A stretch of 64,000 nt of DNA from Candidatus Poribacteria bacterium (GTDB lineage: Bacteria; Poribacteria; WGA-4E; PCPOR2b), in the NCBI GenBank assembly GCA_965208325.1, contig OZ242326.1:1312001-1376000 (forward strand), read 5' to 3'. The first letter of the stretch is position 1, and every line of letters starts with the position of its first letter. Of this stretch, positions 21,207 to 32,482 are shown in pieces. A model generated the notes under the pieces. It saw only the letters and a list, made by a program, of their open reading frames with translations, had not been told where the DNA came from and did no database searches. The position numbers were made by a program, and so were the translations under genes.

Positions 21207-22469
21207 TCAAGACCATAAATTGAGGTCTTCATAGATGGGAAACTGCTCGCACAATTCCCGGACTTTTTCTCTAATGCGGTTTTTAACCGTGGTGCTTTTC
21301 CGTTCTCGAAGTGCTTCGCCAATGAAATCGCCTATCAATTGCATTTCCGGCTCTTTCATTCCGCGTACCGTCACCATTGGGGTACCAAGGCGAATACCGC
21401 TAGTGGTGACCGGTGAGCGTTTATCGAACGGTATTGTATTTTTGTTGACGACAATTCCCGCGTCCTCAAGGTGATTTGCGGTTTGACGACCACTCAGTTT
21501 TTCAAAGGTGGCAGTTAGATCGACTATCATCAAATGGTTATCAGTACCACCGCTCACCAAGCGAAACTCATTCTCAATGAGGCGTTGAGCTAACGCTTTC
21601 GCGTTCTTTACAACTTGTTTTTGGTACGCCTTGAATGTTGGTTCCATGGCCTCCTTGAAGCCGACGGCTTTAGCAGCGATTGTATGCATGAAGGGACCGC
21701 CCTGCAAACCGGGCATTACGGCACGGTCAATGGCTTCGGCAAACTCATTGCGGCACATGATGATTGCGCCGCGGGGGCCGCGCAAGGTTTTGTGAGTGGT
21801 TGTAGTGATGAAGTCGGAATAAGGGACTGGATCCGGATGGAGATCGGCTGCGATTAGCCCAGCAATATGCGCAATATCTGCCAAAAGATAGGCATCAACG
21901 GAATCAGCGATTTCTTGCCATTGGGCAAAATCAAACCATCGCGGATAGGCGCTCGCACCCACAATTATCAGCTTTGGACGATGTTTTTCTGCGAGCGCTG
22001 CAATACCGTTCATATTAATTCGCCCGGACTCTTTATCAACGCCATAAGGAACAACATTATAATACCTACCGGAGAAATTCTGCGGGAGACCGTGACTGAG
22101 GTGGCCGCCGTGATCGAGTTTCATTGCCAGGATGGTATCTCCCGGCTCAAGCAGCGCATGGTACACTGCCATGTTCGCTTGCGTTCCTGCGTGCGCTTGG
22201 ACATTTACATGCGCCGCACCAAATAGCCGCTTGGCGCGTTCAATGGCGAGCGTCTCAATCAGATCTATAAACTCGCAGCCGTTGTAATATCGGTCGCCGG
22301 GGTAGCCTTCGGCATACTTGTTGGCAAGAACACTACTCTGCATCTGCATAACCGCTTGGCTGGCGTAATTTTCCGAAGGAATCAGCGTTAAGCAGTTTTG
22401 CTGACGATGCAAATCCCGGCGCATGATATCAACAATCTGTGGATCGAATTCACTTAGTGGTTTGTTCAT
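21207..22469 (-). CDS. glyA: Serine hydroxymethyltransferase
   Basis: [31 protein letters not shown] (PLP Lys). Confidence 0.97.
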   Translation of the reverse strand: MNKPLSEFDPQIVDIMRRDLHRQQNCLTLIPSENYASQAVMQMQSSVLANKYAEGYPGDRYYNGCEFIDLIETLAIERAKRLFGAAHVNVQAHAGTQANMAVYHALLEPGDTILAMKLDHGGHLSHGLPQNFSGRYYNVVPYGVDKESGRINMNGIAALAEKHRPKLIIVGASAYPRWFDFAQWQEIADSVDAYLLADIAHIAGLIAADLHPDPVPYSDFITTTTHKTLRGPRGAIIMCRNEFAEAIDRAVMPGLQGGPFMHTIAAKAVGFKEAMEPTFKAYQKQVVKNAKALAQRLIENEFRLVSGGTDNHLMIVDLTATFEKLSGRQTANHLEDAGIVVNKNTIPFDKRSPVTTSGIRLGTPMVTVRGMKEPEMQLIGDFIGEALRERKSTTVKNRIREKVRELCEQFPIYEDLNLWS

Positions 22470-22563
22470 TGTGAAAGCATTCTCAACGGAATGATTGGGA
22501 TTTCAACCTCGTGTGCGGTTGGTAAGGATAGGCGCTGGCATGTTGGTTGGAAATCTGTGCGGT

Positions 22564-23820
22564 CTAATTAATTAACTTGAGCGCTTTTTCTATGGTGGCT
22601 TTGAGGCTCTCATCGCCGGACTGTTCTACAAGTTCCAACGCAGTGTTCAAATCTTGCTTGGCTGCCCAGGTGCGGCCGACTATGACCTTTACGGCACCCC
22701 GATTGTTGTATGCCTCGGCATAGTCGGGTTTCAACCTGATTGCCTCGTCATAATCGGAAATAGCCGCGAAGTGTTTGCCTAATTTATATTTCGCAATTCC
22801 CCTGCTGTTGAATGCCTCGGCATATTTCGGTTTCAGCCGGATTGCCATATCGTAATCTACAATGGCGGCGGCGTGATTCCCCGATCTACCCTTGGTAACG
22901 CCTCGATTATGGTATGCCTCAGTGTAATCAGGTTTTAGTAAGATTGCCGTGTTATAATCGGCGATGCCAGCGAAGAATTTTCCCAATCTACCCTTAGCCA
23001 TTCCCCGATTGTTATACGCCTCGGCATAACCGGGATTCAGTCGGATTGCCTCCGTATAGGCAACAATGGCTTCACTATAGTTTCCAAGCGTGTGGTACAC
23101 ATCGCCTCGAATAAAATACGTCTCAGCGGAAATGGATCCGCGCGGCAGAGGTTTCGCAGGCTCAGACTGCTCAATCAGTGCTTTAAGATAGTTTGACGGA
23201 ATGGCAAAATTCAGATTCTGCCCGCCTTCTATAGTCATGAAAGAAACACCGATGACTTCACCCTTTGTGTTTAAGACGGGACCGCCGCTGCTACCCGGTG
23301 AAATCGGTGCGGTCATCTGAATCCGTTTCTGGGTAAACCGTTCACTGAAGTTGCTTATGATACCATTTGAAAACGTGCCCTCCGGCCCGCTCGGGTTGCC
23401 CGCGACATAAACCGTTTCGCCAATTTTGACTGAATCGCTGTCACCGAGCTGAAGCGGATTGACGCCAAATGCGGTGACCTTTAAGAGAGCGAGGTCGTTG
23501 CTTTTGTCGGCGGCAAAGACGCCTTCGATGGTGTATCTCGTGTATGTTCCGGCCTGTTTTGCGCTGCCCCTCGCCACTCCCTCAATAACATGGAAGTTGG
23601 TAGCGATGCGGTTCTCTCCGACGAAGAAGCCGCTGCCGGTTGCGAGGGTTCTGCCATTCCTATCGTCCATCTTTAAATGCACCGTGGCAGCTATGGCTTT
23701 TTTGGCAATCTCCTCTTCGGCTTGTGCAATTGACGCAGCTAAAAGACAGAAAGAAAGAAGCCCCAAAGTTGCGAAACGCAGGGACGCTAATCTCGGAATT
23801 CTCATAATCGTGTCCATCAT
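22564..23820 (-). CDS. Exported trypsin-like serine protease with C-terminal TPR repeats
   Basis: GSGFF, ATNFHV (His), NDLAL (Asp), PGSSGGP (Ser); about five 34-aa TPRs of the AIRLKPDYAEAYNNRG type. Confidence 0.9.
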   Translation of the reverse strand: MMDTIMRIPRLASLRFATLGLLSFCLLAASIAQAEEEIAKKAIAATVHLKMDDRNGRTLATGSGFFVGENRIATNFHVIEGVARGSAKQAGTYTRYTIEGVFAADKSNDLALLKVTAFGVNPLQLGDSDSVKIGETVYVAGNPSGPEGTFSNGIISNFSERFTQKRIQMTAPISPGSSGGPVLNTKGEVIGVSFMTIEGGQNLNFAIPSNYLKALIEQSEPAKPLPRGSISAETYFIRGDVYHTLGNYSEAIVAYTEAIRLNPGYAEAYNNRGMAKGRLGKFFAGIADYNTAILLKPDYTEAYHNRGVTKGRSGNHAAAIVDYDMAIRLKPKYAEAFNSRGIAKYKLGKHFAAISDYDEAIRLKPDYAEAYNNRGAVKVIVGRTWAAKQDLNTALELVEQSGDESLKATIEKALKLIN

Positions 23821-23937
23821 CGTCAGTTAGTTGATAGTTATGATTTAAAGAATTCGTATGGCTGGTAATGTTACGAATGTCAGATTGTAACACAGATACC
23901 CGCCAGTTTCAAGAGAAATATCTATTCAGAGCAGCGG

Positions 23938-25587
23938 CTATCGGCGACGGGCGATTGCGCTTATCAGTTGGTTCAACTCTCCAATTTTGAGGAGTTTTGC
24001 GAGACAAACTAAAACAACAACACCTATCCCAATTGGGACAAACACGCCGAATGCCCTTGCGAAGAGGTTGGCGATCCCGATCCATTCCTCAATCCATACG
24101 TTCGTTGTCCAGCAAATGAAGCCCATCGCTGTAGATACCGCCACGGTTTTTGCAAGCATTCTCCATATCCCGCGCAGTCCCAATCCGCCGGTTCTGCGAC
24201 GCAAGGCGAAGAGAAGAATCATGCAGTTCAAAGTGATTGTGCAGGATGTTGATAGCGCTAGGGAGCGGTGTCCGAAATGGAACTGAAAAATAAGGAGATA
24301 GTTCAGCACAATATTGAGTGCGACGGCACAAAGACTCACCACGGCTGGCGTGCGTGTGTCCTTGAAGGCATAAAAGCCATCGGATGCAATCTTGACTATT
24401 GAGAAACCGCACAATCCATAGGCATAGCAAAACAGTGCACCGGCGGTCTCGCTTGTGTCCATCGCACCAGTTTTTCCCCATTCAAATACAAGGCGGCATA
24501 TCGGCTCATTCAACACCATCAATCCAATCGAGGCCGGCAGCGTCAACAACAATATTAGCCGCAGGGCGTAAGAAAAAGATTCACGGAATTTTTCTACTTC
24601 GCCGCGCGCAATTAATTTGGAAAGGTTCGGCAGCGCAGCGGTAGAAATCGCTACGCCAAAAATTCCGATTGGCAGGTGCATCAGTCGAAATGCTCGAATA
24701 ATCCACGTCATCCAGCCTTTGCCTTCCGATGCGAAAATTGAGTTTACGAACAGATTCACCTGCAGCGCAGCAACGCCCAGAATCATAGGCAAAATCAATC
24801 GGACTACCTGTTTCACCCGCTCATCACGAAAGCTGATGGTAAGCCGATAACGAAACCCGCACCGCCGCATTAACGGAACTTGAATTATGAATTGCAGCGC
24901 GCCGCCCACGAGCACACCGAATGCCATGCCTGTCACAGGGTGAAGTCCCATGCGGGGGAGTGTATAATACCCCCAAACACCTATTACAATCGATCCGAGA
25001 TTAAAGAACAGCGACGCGCAGGCGGGAACGCCGAATTTCCCCATACTGTTAAGTAACCCCATGGCAACCGCCGCGAGTGAAACCAAGATGAGGAAGGGGA
25101 ACATAATTCGAGCGAGATAAACCGTTAAATCTCGTTTGCTGCTCATTCCGGCGTGTTCTGAAGGGTCTAGATCCACATCTTGAAAGCCCTTGCCGACGAA
25201 CAGTAAATCCACAATAGGCGGTGCGGCGAGCACACAAATCAGCGTGATCGCCATGAGGACAATTGCGGTGATATTGAAAATTCGGCTGGCTAGCCGCCAT
25301 GCGGCTTCTTGTCCGTCTTCTACCTCAGTCGCCGTGAACGCGGCAATAAATGCCTTGCTCAATACGCCTTCGCCGAACAGATCCCGCATTAGGTTTGGGA
25401 TGCGGAAAGCGGCGTAGAACGCGTCGGCACTGGTCGCTGAAACAAAAAAATAAGCAATCACCTGCTCTCGCACAAGTCCTAGCAGGCGCGACGCCATCAC
25501 GGCGATGCTAACGATTCCCGCCGAACGCGTTATGCTTTTATCATCCTCTCCGTCCAGAGAAGACTCATGATGGTTTTCGTTTGTCAT
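23938..25587 (-). CDS. murJ: Lipid II flippase MurJ
   Basis: SRLLGLVRE, AFRIPNLMRDLFGEG, RLMHLPIGIFG; about 14 TM segments. Confidence 0.93.
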   Translation of the reverse strand: MTNENHHESSLDGEDDKSITRSAGIVSIAVMASRLLGLVREQVIAYFFVSATSADAFYAAFRIPNLMRDLFGEGVLSKAFIAAFTATEVEDGQEAAWRLASRIFNITAIVLMAITLICVLAAPPIVDLLFVGKGFQDVDLDPSEHAGMSSKRDLTVYLARIMFPFLILVSLAAVAMGLLNSMGKFGVPACASLFFNLGSIVIGVWGYYTLPRMGLHPVTGMAFGVLVGGALQFIIQVPLMRRCGFRYRLTISFRDERVKQVVRLILPMILGVAALQVNLFVNSIFASEGKGWMTWIIRAFRLMHLPIGIFGVAISTAALPNLSKLIARGEVEKFRESFSYALRLILLLTLPASIGLMVLNEPICRLVFEWGKTGAMDTSETAGALFCYAYGLCGFSIVKIASDGFYAFKDTRTPAVVSLCAVALNIVLNYLLIFQFHFGHRSLALSTSCTITLNCMILLFALRRRTGGLGLRGIWRMLAKTVAVSTAMGFICWTTNVWIEEWIGIANLFARAFGVFVPIGIGVVVLVCLAKLLKIGELNQLISAIARRR

Positions 25588-25695
25588 TTCGCCAATTGTG
25601 GGGTACACTCTATGCGATTAGAACCATAATTCTCAATATATGACAATGCCTCTATGGCGACAGTGGTGCATTTTCCGGAAAAGAGAGAATTGACG

Positions 25696-26076
25696 ATGCC
25701 GCGCAAGCGATATTTTACCGTAGAAGAAGCTAACCAACTGATTCCGAAGTTAGAACAATACATCGGATCGCTAAAGTCGCTTCGCCTGGAGCTAGAGGCG
25801 GTTGGGGCAATTTTGACTCCCCTGTTTGAGATTGTCCACTACAACGGCGGACATCCCAAAACACCGAAGTTTATCCAAGCCGTTTCCCAATTCCACGAAA
25901 TTGTCGAACGCATACATTCGCACGGCTGCCTGTTAAAGGGTTTAGATGAAGGTTTAATTGACTTTCCGCACTTGCGGATGGGCAGGGAAGTCTACCTCTG
26001 CTGGAAGTCAGGGGAGAAAGAAATTCGCTACTGGCACGATCTTGAGGCTGGTGCGGCAGGACGACAACCGCTTTAG
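25696..26076 (+). CDS. DUF2203-family protein
   Basis: YFTVEEANQLIP...KGLDEGLIDFP...VYLCWKSGE...YWH...G.AGR. Confidence 0.85.
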   Translation: MPRKRYFTVEEANQLIPKLEQYIGSLKSLRLELEAVGAILTPLFEIVHYNGGHPKTPKFIQAVSQFHEIVERIHSHGCLLKGLDEGLIDFPHLRMGREVYLCWKSGEKEIRYWHDLEAGAAGRQPL

Positions 26077-26251
26077 CATGAAGCATGCAAAGTTTAACAC
26101 AATGCCGTTTGGCATGTATCTTCTTAACTCAAAGGAAGCATGCGACAGCTAACATCTAGAATGAGGCTTGGGGTTGCGTTCGGACGCCAGTGTTCCTCCC
26201 CAAATGTCTTACCTATTTGGACACTGAGGACATTTCTTAATATACCGCTTT

Positions 26252-26884
26252 TTACGGAGACATCCGTTCAATTCGCCAATCACCATTCGGTTGGCGGGTG
26301 TATCGAAGGCGGTCGTGCAGCCGGTTCGGGCGGCCGCTCCAAAACTCAATCATGTTGGGTGACAAACAGTAGCCACCCCAATTTGACGGCAGCGGAATTT
26401 CCTTGCCCTGAAATTGTTCGGCTAACTGTTGGAACTGCTCTTCCAGTACGTTACGGCCGGGGATGATTTGGCTTTGTCTTGAGGCTAACGCAGCCAACCG
26501 GCTTCCGACAGGCCGGTTCCGAAAATATTCGTTGGAGGCTTCACGAGAGACCTTTCTAACCCGTCCAGTGATACGCACCTGCCGATCCAGTTCACGCCAA
26601 TAAAAAACGAGCGCTGCAGTCGGGTTTTCTGCTAGTTCCCGCCCTTTTTGGCTTCCGTAGTCCGTATAAAAAACAAAGCCCTGCTCATCGCGTCCCCGAA
26701 GCAGCACAGTCCGTGCCGAAGGTACACCGTCCTTTGTTGCCGTTGCAAGAGTCATTGCATCCGGCAAATCAATTTTTGCGTCAATTGCCTCTTGAAACCA
26801 CACCTCGAACTGATTAAAAGGATTCGCATCAATGTCTCGCTCGTCCAATCCGGCATCGGTATATTCCCTGCGAAGTTCAGACAT
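26252..26884 (-). CDS. pdxH: Pyridoxine/pyridoxamine 5'-phosphate oxidase
   Basis: LRREY, AMTLAT, RQVRITG, WGGY, EFWSGRPNRLHDR, RMSP. Confidence 0.95.
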   Translation of the reverse strand: MSELRREYTDAGLDERDIDANPFNQFEVWFQEAIDAKIDLPDAMTLATATKDGVPSARTVLLRGRDEQGFVFYTDYGSQKGRELAENPTAALVFYWRELDRQVRITGRVRKVSREASNEYFRNRPVGSRLAALASRQSQIIPGRNVLEEQFQQLAEQFQGKEIPLPSNWGGYCLSPNMIEFWSGRPNRLHDRLRYTRQPNGDWRIERMSP

Positions 26885-26906
26885 GCCCTAAGAGATTTCC
26901 TTGCGG

Positions 26907-27686
26907 CTAACACTTTTTAAATACTAACAGATCAAACGCTTCGACCACCGGCGATGGCTCTATTTCATTTTCCGCAGCCGCTTTCATCGCAAGCAACCCC
27001 GTTTGAAACTCCTCATCGGAAATGAACTCAAATGTTGACATCGATCTCGTCTTGATACGTTGGTAGTACGCGTGAAGGCTGCCGTTCATTTGCTGCTCGA
27101 TGCGTACCAGATCGACCTTCTCAAAACCGCTGGCGGCAAAAGACGCTTCAACCCCGTCAACACTCGGCAAATTCCGGTTATCTACTGCCCAAGCGCTAGG
27201 GAAAAATTCGTGGTATTTGGCTTTAACCAGCCTACCCCTAAATCCGTTTCGGATAAACACGAGACCGTTCGGTTTTAGCACACGATACAGCTCCCGGCAG
27301 CCGAGTGCTATGTCATCAAGGTGGTGGATTGCCATTGATAGAAATGCGAAGTCGCACTGTTGTTCGTCTACGGGTATGCGTTCAGCCTTTCCCTTAATAT
27401 ACGAAACCCTTTGATCCGTATTACTTTCTTCAGCGATTCTCCGCATCTTGTCCGACGGTTCGACTCCAATGACGCATGCATGAAAGTACTTTGCTAGGTG
27501 GGGTGCAAATCGACCGGTACCTGATCCAAGATCGAGAACGGTACCACCTTTCGGATTAGGAAGATACTTCGCGATTACGTCCATCCAGCGGCGGATTGTT
27601 TCATCTGAAAGCACACGCCCCCGCTGATAGTTCTTGTAAAGCTCCCGATCATAATCTACTTTTTCCATGCGGTTTCCAGGGTTCAC
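26907..27686 (-). CDS. Class I SAM-dependent methyltransferase
   Basis: VLDLGSGTG, GVEPS, RVLKPNG; GTG start overlaps the upstream stop (alternative ATG at 27668). Confidence 0.88.
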   Translation of the reverse strand: MNPGNRMEKVDYDRELYKNYQRGRVLSDETIRRWMDVIAKYLPNPKGGTVLDLGSGTGRFAPHLAKYFHACVIGVEPSDKMRRIAEESNTDQRVSYIKGKAERIPVDEQQCDFAFLSMAIHHLDDIALGCRELYRVLKPNGLVFIRNGFRGRLVKAKYHEFFPSAWAVDNRNLPSVDGVEASFAASGFEKVDLVRIEQQMNGSLHAYYQRIKTRSMSTFEFISDEEFQTGLLAMKAAAENEIEPSPVVEAFDLLVFKKC

Positions 27687-28768
27687 GAGTCCTGTTGAAT
27701 TTCCTCAATAATAGCATCTGTCATTTCGACAGTGCCAACCGTCTTCAACCCCGGCTGTTGGATATCGACAGTGCGGAATCCCTTGTCAATGGCACGGTCA
27801 ACGGCGTTTTCAACCACCGCAGCCTCATTGTTGAGATTGAAAGTGTGACGAAGCAGCAGCGCCGCGCTGAGGATGGCAGCGATTGGATTGGCGATGCCAT
27901 TTCCTGCGATGTCCGGCGCCGTGCCGTGGATTGGTTCATATAATCCCTGAATTGAATGCCCGTAGCTTGCCGAGGGACACATTCCGAGTGAACCCACCAA
28001 TGCGCCGGCTTCATCAGAGAGAATATCTCCGAATATGTTCCCGGTCACGATAACGTCAAATTGACTCGGATTTTGAATGATGAAATATGCGCACGCGTCA
28101 ATTAGTATATGCTCGATTTCCACATCAGGAAAATCGAGGCTGACTTTGGCTGCCACCTCACGCCACAGCCTTGAACTTTCAAGCATGTTCTCTTTCGTCA
28201 CGGAGGTCAGCTTTTTAGATCGCTTTCTCGCCAAATCAAAGCTGGCACGCACCACACGATCGACTTCTCTGGTCGAGTAAGACATGGTATTGAACCCGCG
28301 TTCCCCATCGGGTTCCGTCACGAATCCTCTCGGTTCGCCGTAGTAAATGCCGCCAGCCAACTCGCGGATGACGATAAAATCCAAGCCTTCGCCGATAAGG
28401 TCTGCCTTAACGGGTAAAACGGGAGCGAGCGCTTGCCTACCCCGAATCGGGCGGAGGTTCACAAAGAGATCCAGCTCTTTGCGAATGGCGGCTACGGCTC
28501 GTTCGGGGCGTTCTTCACTGGGCACATCATCCCAACTAGGCCCGCCCGCGGCGCCGAATAGGATTGCATCGGACAACTTGCAAAGATCCAACGTTTTGGG
28601 CGGCAAAGCCGTCCCCATCTGATCAATAGCGCAACCGCCGATTAGGGCGTATTCGTATTCAAAGCGATGTCCATATTTCTCTTGAATTGCGTTTAACACT
28701 CGAACTGCTTCGGTGGTTACCTCTTGTCCGATTCCGTCTCCGGGCAACACACTAATTTTTGCGTCCAT
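27683..28768 (-). CDS. leuB: 3-isopropylmalate dehydrogenase family enzyme
   Basis: LPGDGIG.EV, NLRP, IRE..GGIYYG, NIFGDILSDE, YEPIHGTAPDIAG. Confidence 0.85.
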   Translation of the reverse strand: MDAKISVLPGDGIGQEVTTEAVRVLNAIQEKYGHRFEYEYALIGGCAIDQMGTALPPKTLDLCKLSDAILFGAAGGPSWDDVPSEERPERAVAAIRKELDLFVNLRPIRGRQALAPVLPVKADLIGEGLDFIVIRELAGGIYYGEPRGFVTEPDGERGFNTMSYSTREVDRVVRASFDLARKRSKKLTSVTKENMLESSRLWREVAAKVSLDFPDVEIEHILIDACAYFIIQNPSQFDVIVTGNIFGDILSDEAGALVGSLGMCPSASYGHSIQGLYEPIHGTAPDIAGNGIANPIAAILSAALLLRHTFNLNNEAAVVENAVDRAIDKGFRTVDIQQPGLKTVGTVEMTDAIIEEIQQDS

Positions 28769-28868
28769 TTATTCTCCATAACATTTTATTTTATTGATAA
28801 AGCCTCAATAGCTTGGATTTTTGGGAAGGTGTATTTATTGAATAGCCCCGGATCAATGCGGCCATTCA

Positions 28869-29987
28869 TTACAATTTAAGATAACTCAAGGCGGTCACAA
28901 GAATATAGGCGGCAATGAGGATGACGCCGAAGGGCCGCTTCAACTTGTCTCCCGATGCAAATATCCCAACCCGAAAAACGACCAAAATGAACAACATTAG
29001 CGGGAAAAGGAGTTTGAAGAAGTGCGGCGGTGCTTCTAATCCGCCGCTTGTCACTGCCGCAGCCGCGCCAGCGACAAAAAGAACGTTGAGGATGTCGGCG
29101 CCGATGACGTTTCCAACGGCGAGCCCTCCGTGTCCCCTGCGTGCAGCGGTGACGGCGGTAACGAACTCAGGAAGCGAGGTACCGAACGCCACCAATGTCG
29201 CGGCAATGATACTTTCGGGGACATTTACTCTTTCGGCGACAATCTTGACAGCCGGAATCAGCACCGATGACGCGCCAACTACCAATATGATGCCGACCAA
29301 CAATTTAATGCCGACCAGAAAGGTATTGGCAGAACTGTCTTCGTGGAGATGTTCTTCCGGTGCGCCGCCAGCATCGCGTGACCAGCGAATAGACTGCCAC
29401 ATGTACACAACGAGCAACACAAGAAAGACAAATCCCATGAACCGGGGGAGCCGGCCTCCGGTTTCAAAAGTTTCATTCAATGAACCAAAAGGGAGACAGG
29501 CAATTACCAGCAAAAACCCTGCTCCCAATTGGATCCAACCCTGACGATTGACAATTTTTCGATTGAGCGGCAGCGGTGCAATCAGTGCGGCAGTGCCTAG
29601 AATGAGTCCGGTATCGCAAATGATTGAACCGACAGCGTTCCCGAGCGCGATATCCGGATCGCCCTGAATAGCGGCGAATACGGAAACTGCAGCTTCAGGC
29701 GTTGTTGTCCCAAGGCTGACAATCGTCGCACCGATAAGCGTTTGCGGGACGCCCCACCGCGTTGAAAGGGTGACGGCTTGCGCCACCAGCATATCTGCAC
29801 CTTTCCCAAGGAGATAAAGCGTGACTGCGATAATGACAAACAGCCAGACGATGTGGAGATTGCCAATCTTGGATTCAATCCAACCTTCGATTCCGTGAGC
29901 CTCATGAGTTTCCGCAGGGTCCCCATGTGCGATTAGACTGAAGAAGAGGAGTGCAATGATTAAAACGCCGATTGATTTTCGTGTCAT
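28869..29987 (-). CDS. Calcium/sodium antiporter (CaCA, YrbG-like)
   Basis: Two alpha repeats GTTTPE...GNAVGS and GTSLPE...GNVIGA. Confidence 0.9.
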   Translation of the reverse strand: MTRKSIGVLIIALLFFSLIAHGDPAETHEAHGIEGWIESKIGNLHIVWLFVIIAVTLYLLGKGADMLVAQAVTLSTRWGVPQTLIGATIVSLGTTTPEAAVSVFAAIQGDPDIALGNAVGSIICDTGLILGTAALIAPLPLNRKIVNRQGWIQLGAGFLLVIACLPFGSLNETFETGGRLPRFMGFVFLVLLVVYMWQSIRWSRDAGGAPEEHLHEDSSANTFLVGIKLLVGIILVVGASSVLIPAVKIVAERVNVPESIIAATLVAFGTSLPEFVTAVTAARRGHGGLAVGNVIGADILNVLFVAGAAAAVTSGGLEAPPHFFKLLFPLMLFILVVFRVGIFASGDKLKRPFGVILIAAYILVTALSYLKL

Positions 29988-29993
29988 ATTATG

Positions 29994-31472
29994 TCAGTTG
30001 GCAGTCTGAATATAGTTGATTGCCCGATCCAACCTTTCAACCACTTTCTCCCTGCCTAGCAGGGCGATAATGTCAAACAATCCCGGACCGCCGGAAACGC
30101 CGGTGAGGGCGATTCTTAACGGCTGCATCCCGCGAATTCGTTTGATTTTCTTTTCGTCAAGGTAATACCACATTGCAGTTTCGATGTTTTCCATCTCAAA
30201 CACTTCGATTGACTTTAAGACCTCACGCAAACCTTGCAGAATTGCGGCAGGGCCGCCTTTCCACCACTTCTTGATTGCCCGCGGGTCATAGTCAAAGTTG
30301 TCCGTGAAGAAGTAGCCGTAGTCGGCAATATCCGCCAAAGTTGTCATTCGATCCCCAACCGACTCGACAATCTTCTCTAACCGAGCTTGGCAATCTTTCG
30401 TTACGTCGGTTTCCAACAACCCGCTCTTCCGCAGAAAAGGGAGAACCGCATTGGTCCGCTCAGTCAAGTCAAGGTTCATAATGTACGTTTTATTCAGCCA
30501 TTGGAGTTTGTTAATGTCGAAGACACCCTCACTTCTCCCGATTCGCTCGACGTTGAATTTCTCAACCAGTTCGTCCAGAGAGAATATTTCCGATTTGTCG
30601 TCGTAAGACCAGCCCAGCCGAACGAGGAAGTTTATCATTGCCTCCGGCAAATAACCATCTTCGCGGTATTTTCCCACAGCAACCAAATCTCCGTGGCGCC
30701 GTTTACTGAGTTTTTCACCTTTGCTGCTTCCAAGCACCAGCGGCAAGTGCGCAAAAACCGGCAATTCAAATCCGAGGGCGCGACAGATTAAGATTTGTTT
30801 CGGGGTATTGGATAGGTGATCTTTACCGCGAATAACATGGGAAATCCCCATCTCGTGGTCATCAATTGCCGACGTGAAATTATACAAAGGATAACCGTTG
30901 GATTTGACAATAATGAAGTCATCGAGGGCATCGGCTTCAAATGTAACATCGCCTTGAACCAAATCGCGCACGATTATTGCGCTGTCCGATATTTTTAGCC
31001 TAACCGTCGGTTTTCGACCAGCTGCGTTTAGCCTGCTTCGATCCTGCTCTGTCAAGTGTCTACATATTCCAGCATAGTGAGGCTGACGTCCTTCAGCGAA
31101 GGCGTTTTCGCGCATCTGCTTCAATTCGTCAGCGGTGCAATAGCAACAATAAGCATCACCACTGTCAAGCAACATATGTACGTATTCTTGATAGAGGTTT
31201 TGGCGTTCGGATTGGATATACGACCCACAATCCCCGCCCGCAATGGGACCTTCGTCCCAAGTGAGTCCCAGCCATTCTAACAACTCATAGATTGACCGCG
31301 TGGATTCGTCCGTAGATCTGGATTCATCAGTATCGTCAATTCGGAGGATAAATTTTCCGCCAAAATGTCTTGCAAAAAGCCAGTTAAATAGCGCGGTGCG
31401 CGCTCCCCCGATGTGGAGGGATCCGGTTGGAGACGGTGCGAAGCGGACTCTAACCGGTTTATCCGATACCAT
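29994..31472 (-). CDS. gltX: Glutamate--tRNA ligase
   Basis: RFAPSPTG.LHIGG, LRIDDTD, HVIRGKDH, KLSKR, anticodon-domain PLRIALTG. Confidence 0.95.
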   Translation of the reverse strand: MVSDKPVRVRFAPSPTGSLHIGGARTALFNWLFARHFGGKFILRIDDTDESRSTDESTRSIYELLEWLGLTWDEGPIAGGDCGSYIQSERQNLYQEYVHMLLDSGDAYCCYCTADELKQMRENAFAEGRQPHYAGICRHLTEQDRSRLNAAGRKPTVRLKISDSAIIVRDLVQGDVTFEADALDDFIIVKSNGYPLYNFTSAIDDHEMGISHVIRGKDHLSNTPKQILICRALGFELPVFAHLPLVLGSSKGEKLSKRRHGDLVAVGKYREDGYLPEAMINFLVRLGWSYDDKSEIFSLDELVEKFNVERIGRSEGVFDINKLQWLNKTYIMNLDLTERTNAVLPFLRKSGLLETDVTKDCQARLEKIVESVGDRMTTLADIADYGYFFTDNFDYDPRAIKKWWKGGPAAILQGLREVLKSIEVFEMENIETAMWYYLDEKKIKRIRGMQPLRIALTGVSGGPGLFDIIALLGREKVVERLDRAINYIQTAN

Positions 31473-31555
31473 TCTAATTTTTACCCCCGCTTTGAAAACA
31501 ATCTCGACGTGTATTGCATTGAAAATTGATACACTTTAGGGTATTTTAGCCAAGT

Positions 31556-32398
31556 TTAGAGTGAAGCAAATTCAACCGAATCAAGTGTCAACTCTTGCGT
31601 CAGATAGCCTGCCGTAATCTCCGCTGAATGTTCAAAGATAAGCAACCAGTTTTCCTGCCGGGCCTGCTTGAGCATTCGTTCCTTGGTCTCCATCGTAGTC
31701 ATCGGAAACAGATCGTAACCCATGACATAGTGAGTTTTTAGGTGCGACGGCGTGGGAACTAGATCAGCAAGAAAACAGGCAATTTTACCTTCAGACCGCA
31801 CGACCACGACCTGATGATTTTTCGTGTGGCCTGGCGCGGACTGCACTGACACGCCGGGCGCTATCTCTTGGTCATGAGACGTAAGCACCACCTGCCCGCG
31901 CTTTATGAGCGGTTCCCAAGTGTACGGGAGATAACTGGGTTTGCTACGCGGGTCCGGCTGCTCGGCGTATGCAAGTTCGCCCCGATTGATGTAATATTCA
32001 GCGTTGGAAAATGTCGGTTTCAGTTCTCCGCTGCTATCCTTGAAACAGTTCCCGCCGGAGTGGTCGAAATGCATGTGTGTGAGAATGACTTTGGTGACAT
32101 CCGCCGCTTTTACATCCACGCCTTCAAGGCATTTTACCAGATCGGTCTGTGACCTGTCCAAGTCGTAAAGAGAGGCGAATTTATCGTCGTAAATCGACCC
32201 CATGCCCGTGTCGACCAAGATGGTGTCCGCCGCATATCGGATTAGCAGGCAATTTAGCCCAAGTAGAATTCGATTTCGATCGTCTGACGGATTGTCTTTT
32301 TCCCATATTACTTTCGGGATGATGCCGAACATGGCGCCGCCATCCAAACGAAATGTGCCGGCGTTAATAACAGACAACTCAAATTCACCAAACTTCAT
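31556..32398 (-). CDS. MBL-fold metallo-hydrolase (YtnP-like)
   Basis: FRLDGGAMFGIIPK, THMHFDH, PGHT, MGYD. Confidence 0.9.
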   Translation of the reverse strand: MKFGEFELSVINAGTFRLDGGAMFGIIPKVIWEKDNPSDDRNRILLGLNCLLIRYAADTILVDTGMGSIYDDKFASLYDLDRSQTDLVKCLEGVDVKAADVTKVILTHMHFDHSGGNCFKDSSGELKPTFSNAEYYINRGELAYAEQPDPRSKPSYLPYTWEPLIKRGQVVLTSHDQEIAPGVSVQSAPGHTKNHQVVVVRSEGKIACFLADLVPTPSHLKTHYVMGYDLFPMTTMETKERMLKQARQENWLLIFEHSAEITAGYLTQELTLDSVEFASL

Positions 32399-32482
32399 AA
32401 CAAATTCTCAGAGGACAATTTCCAGTACCAAATACGCCGGATACTTATCCATTTCCGGCTGGTAACTCACGTATGTCTCGAC

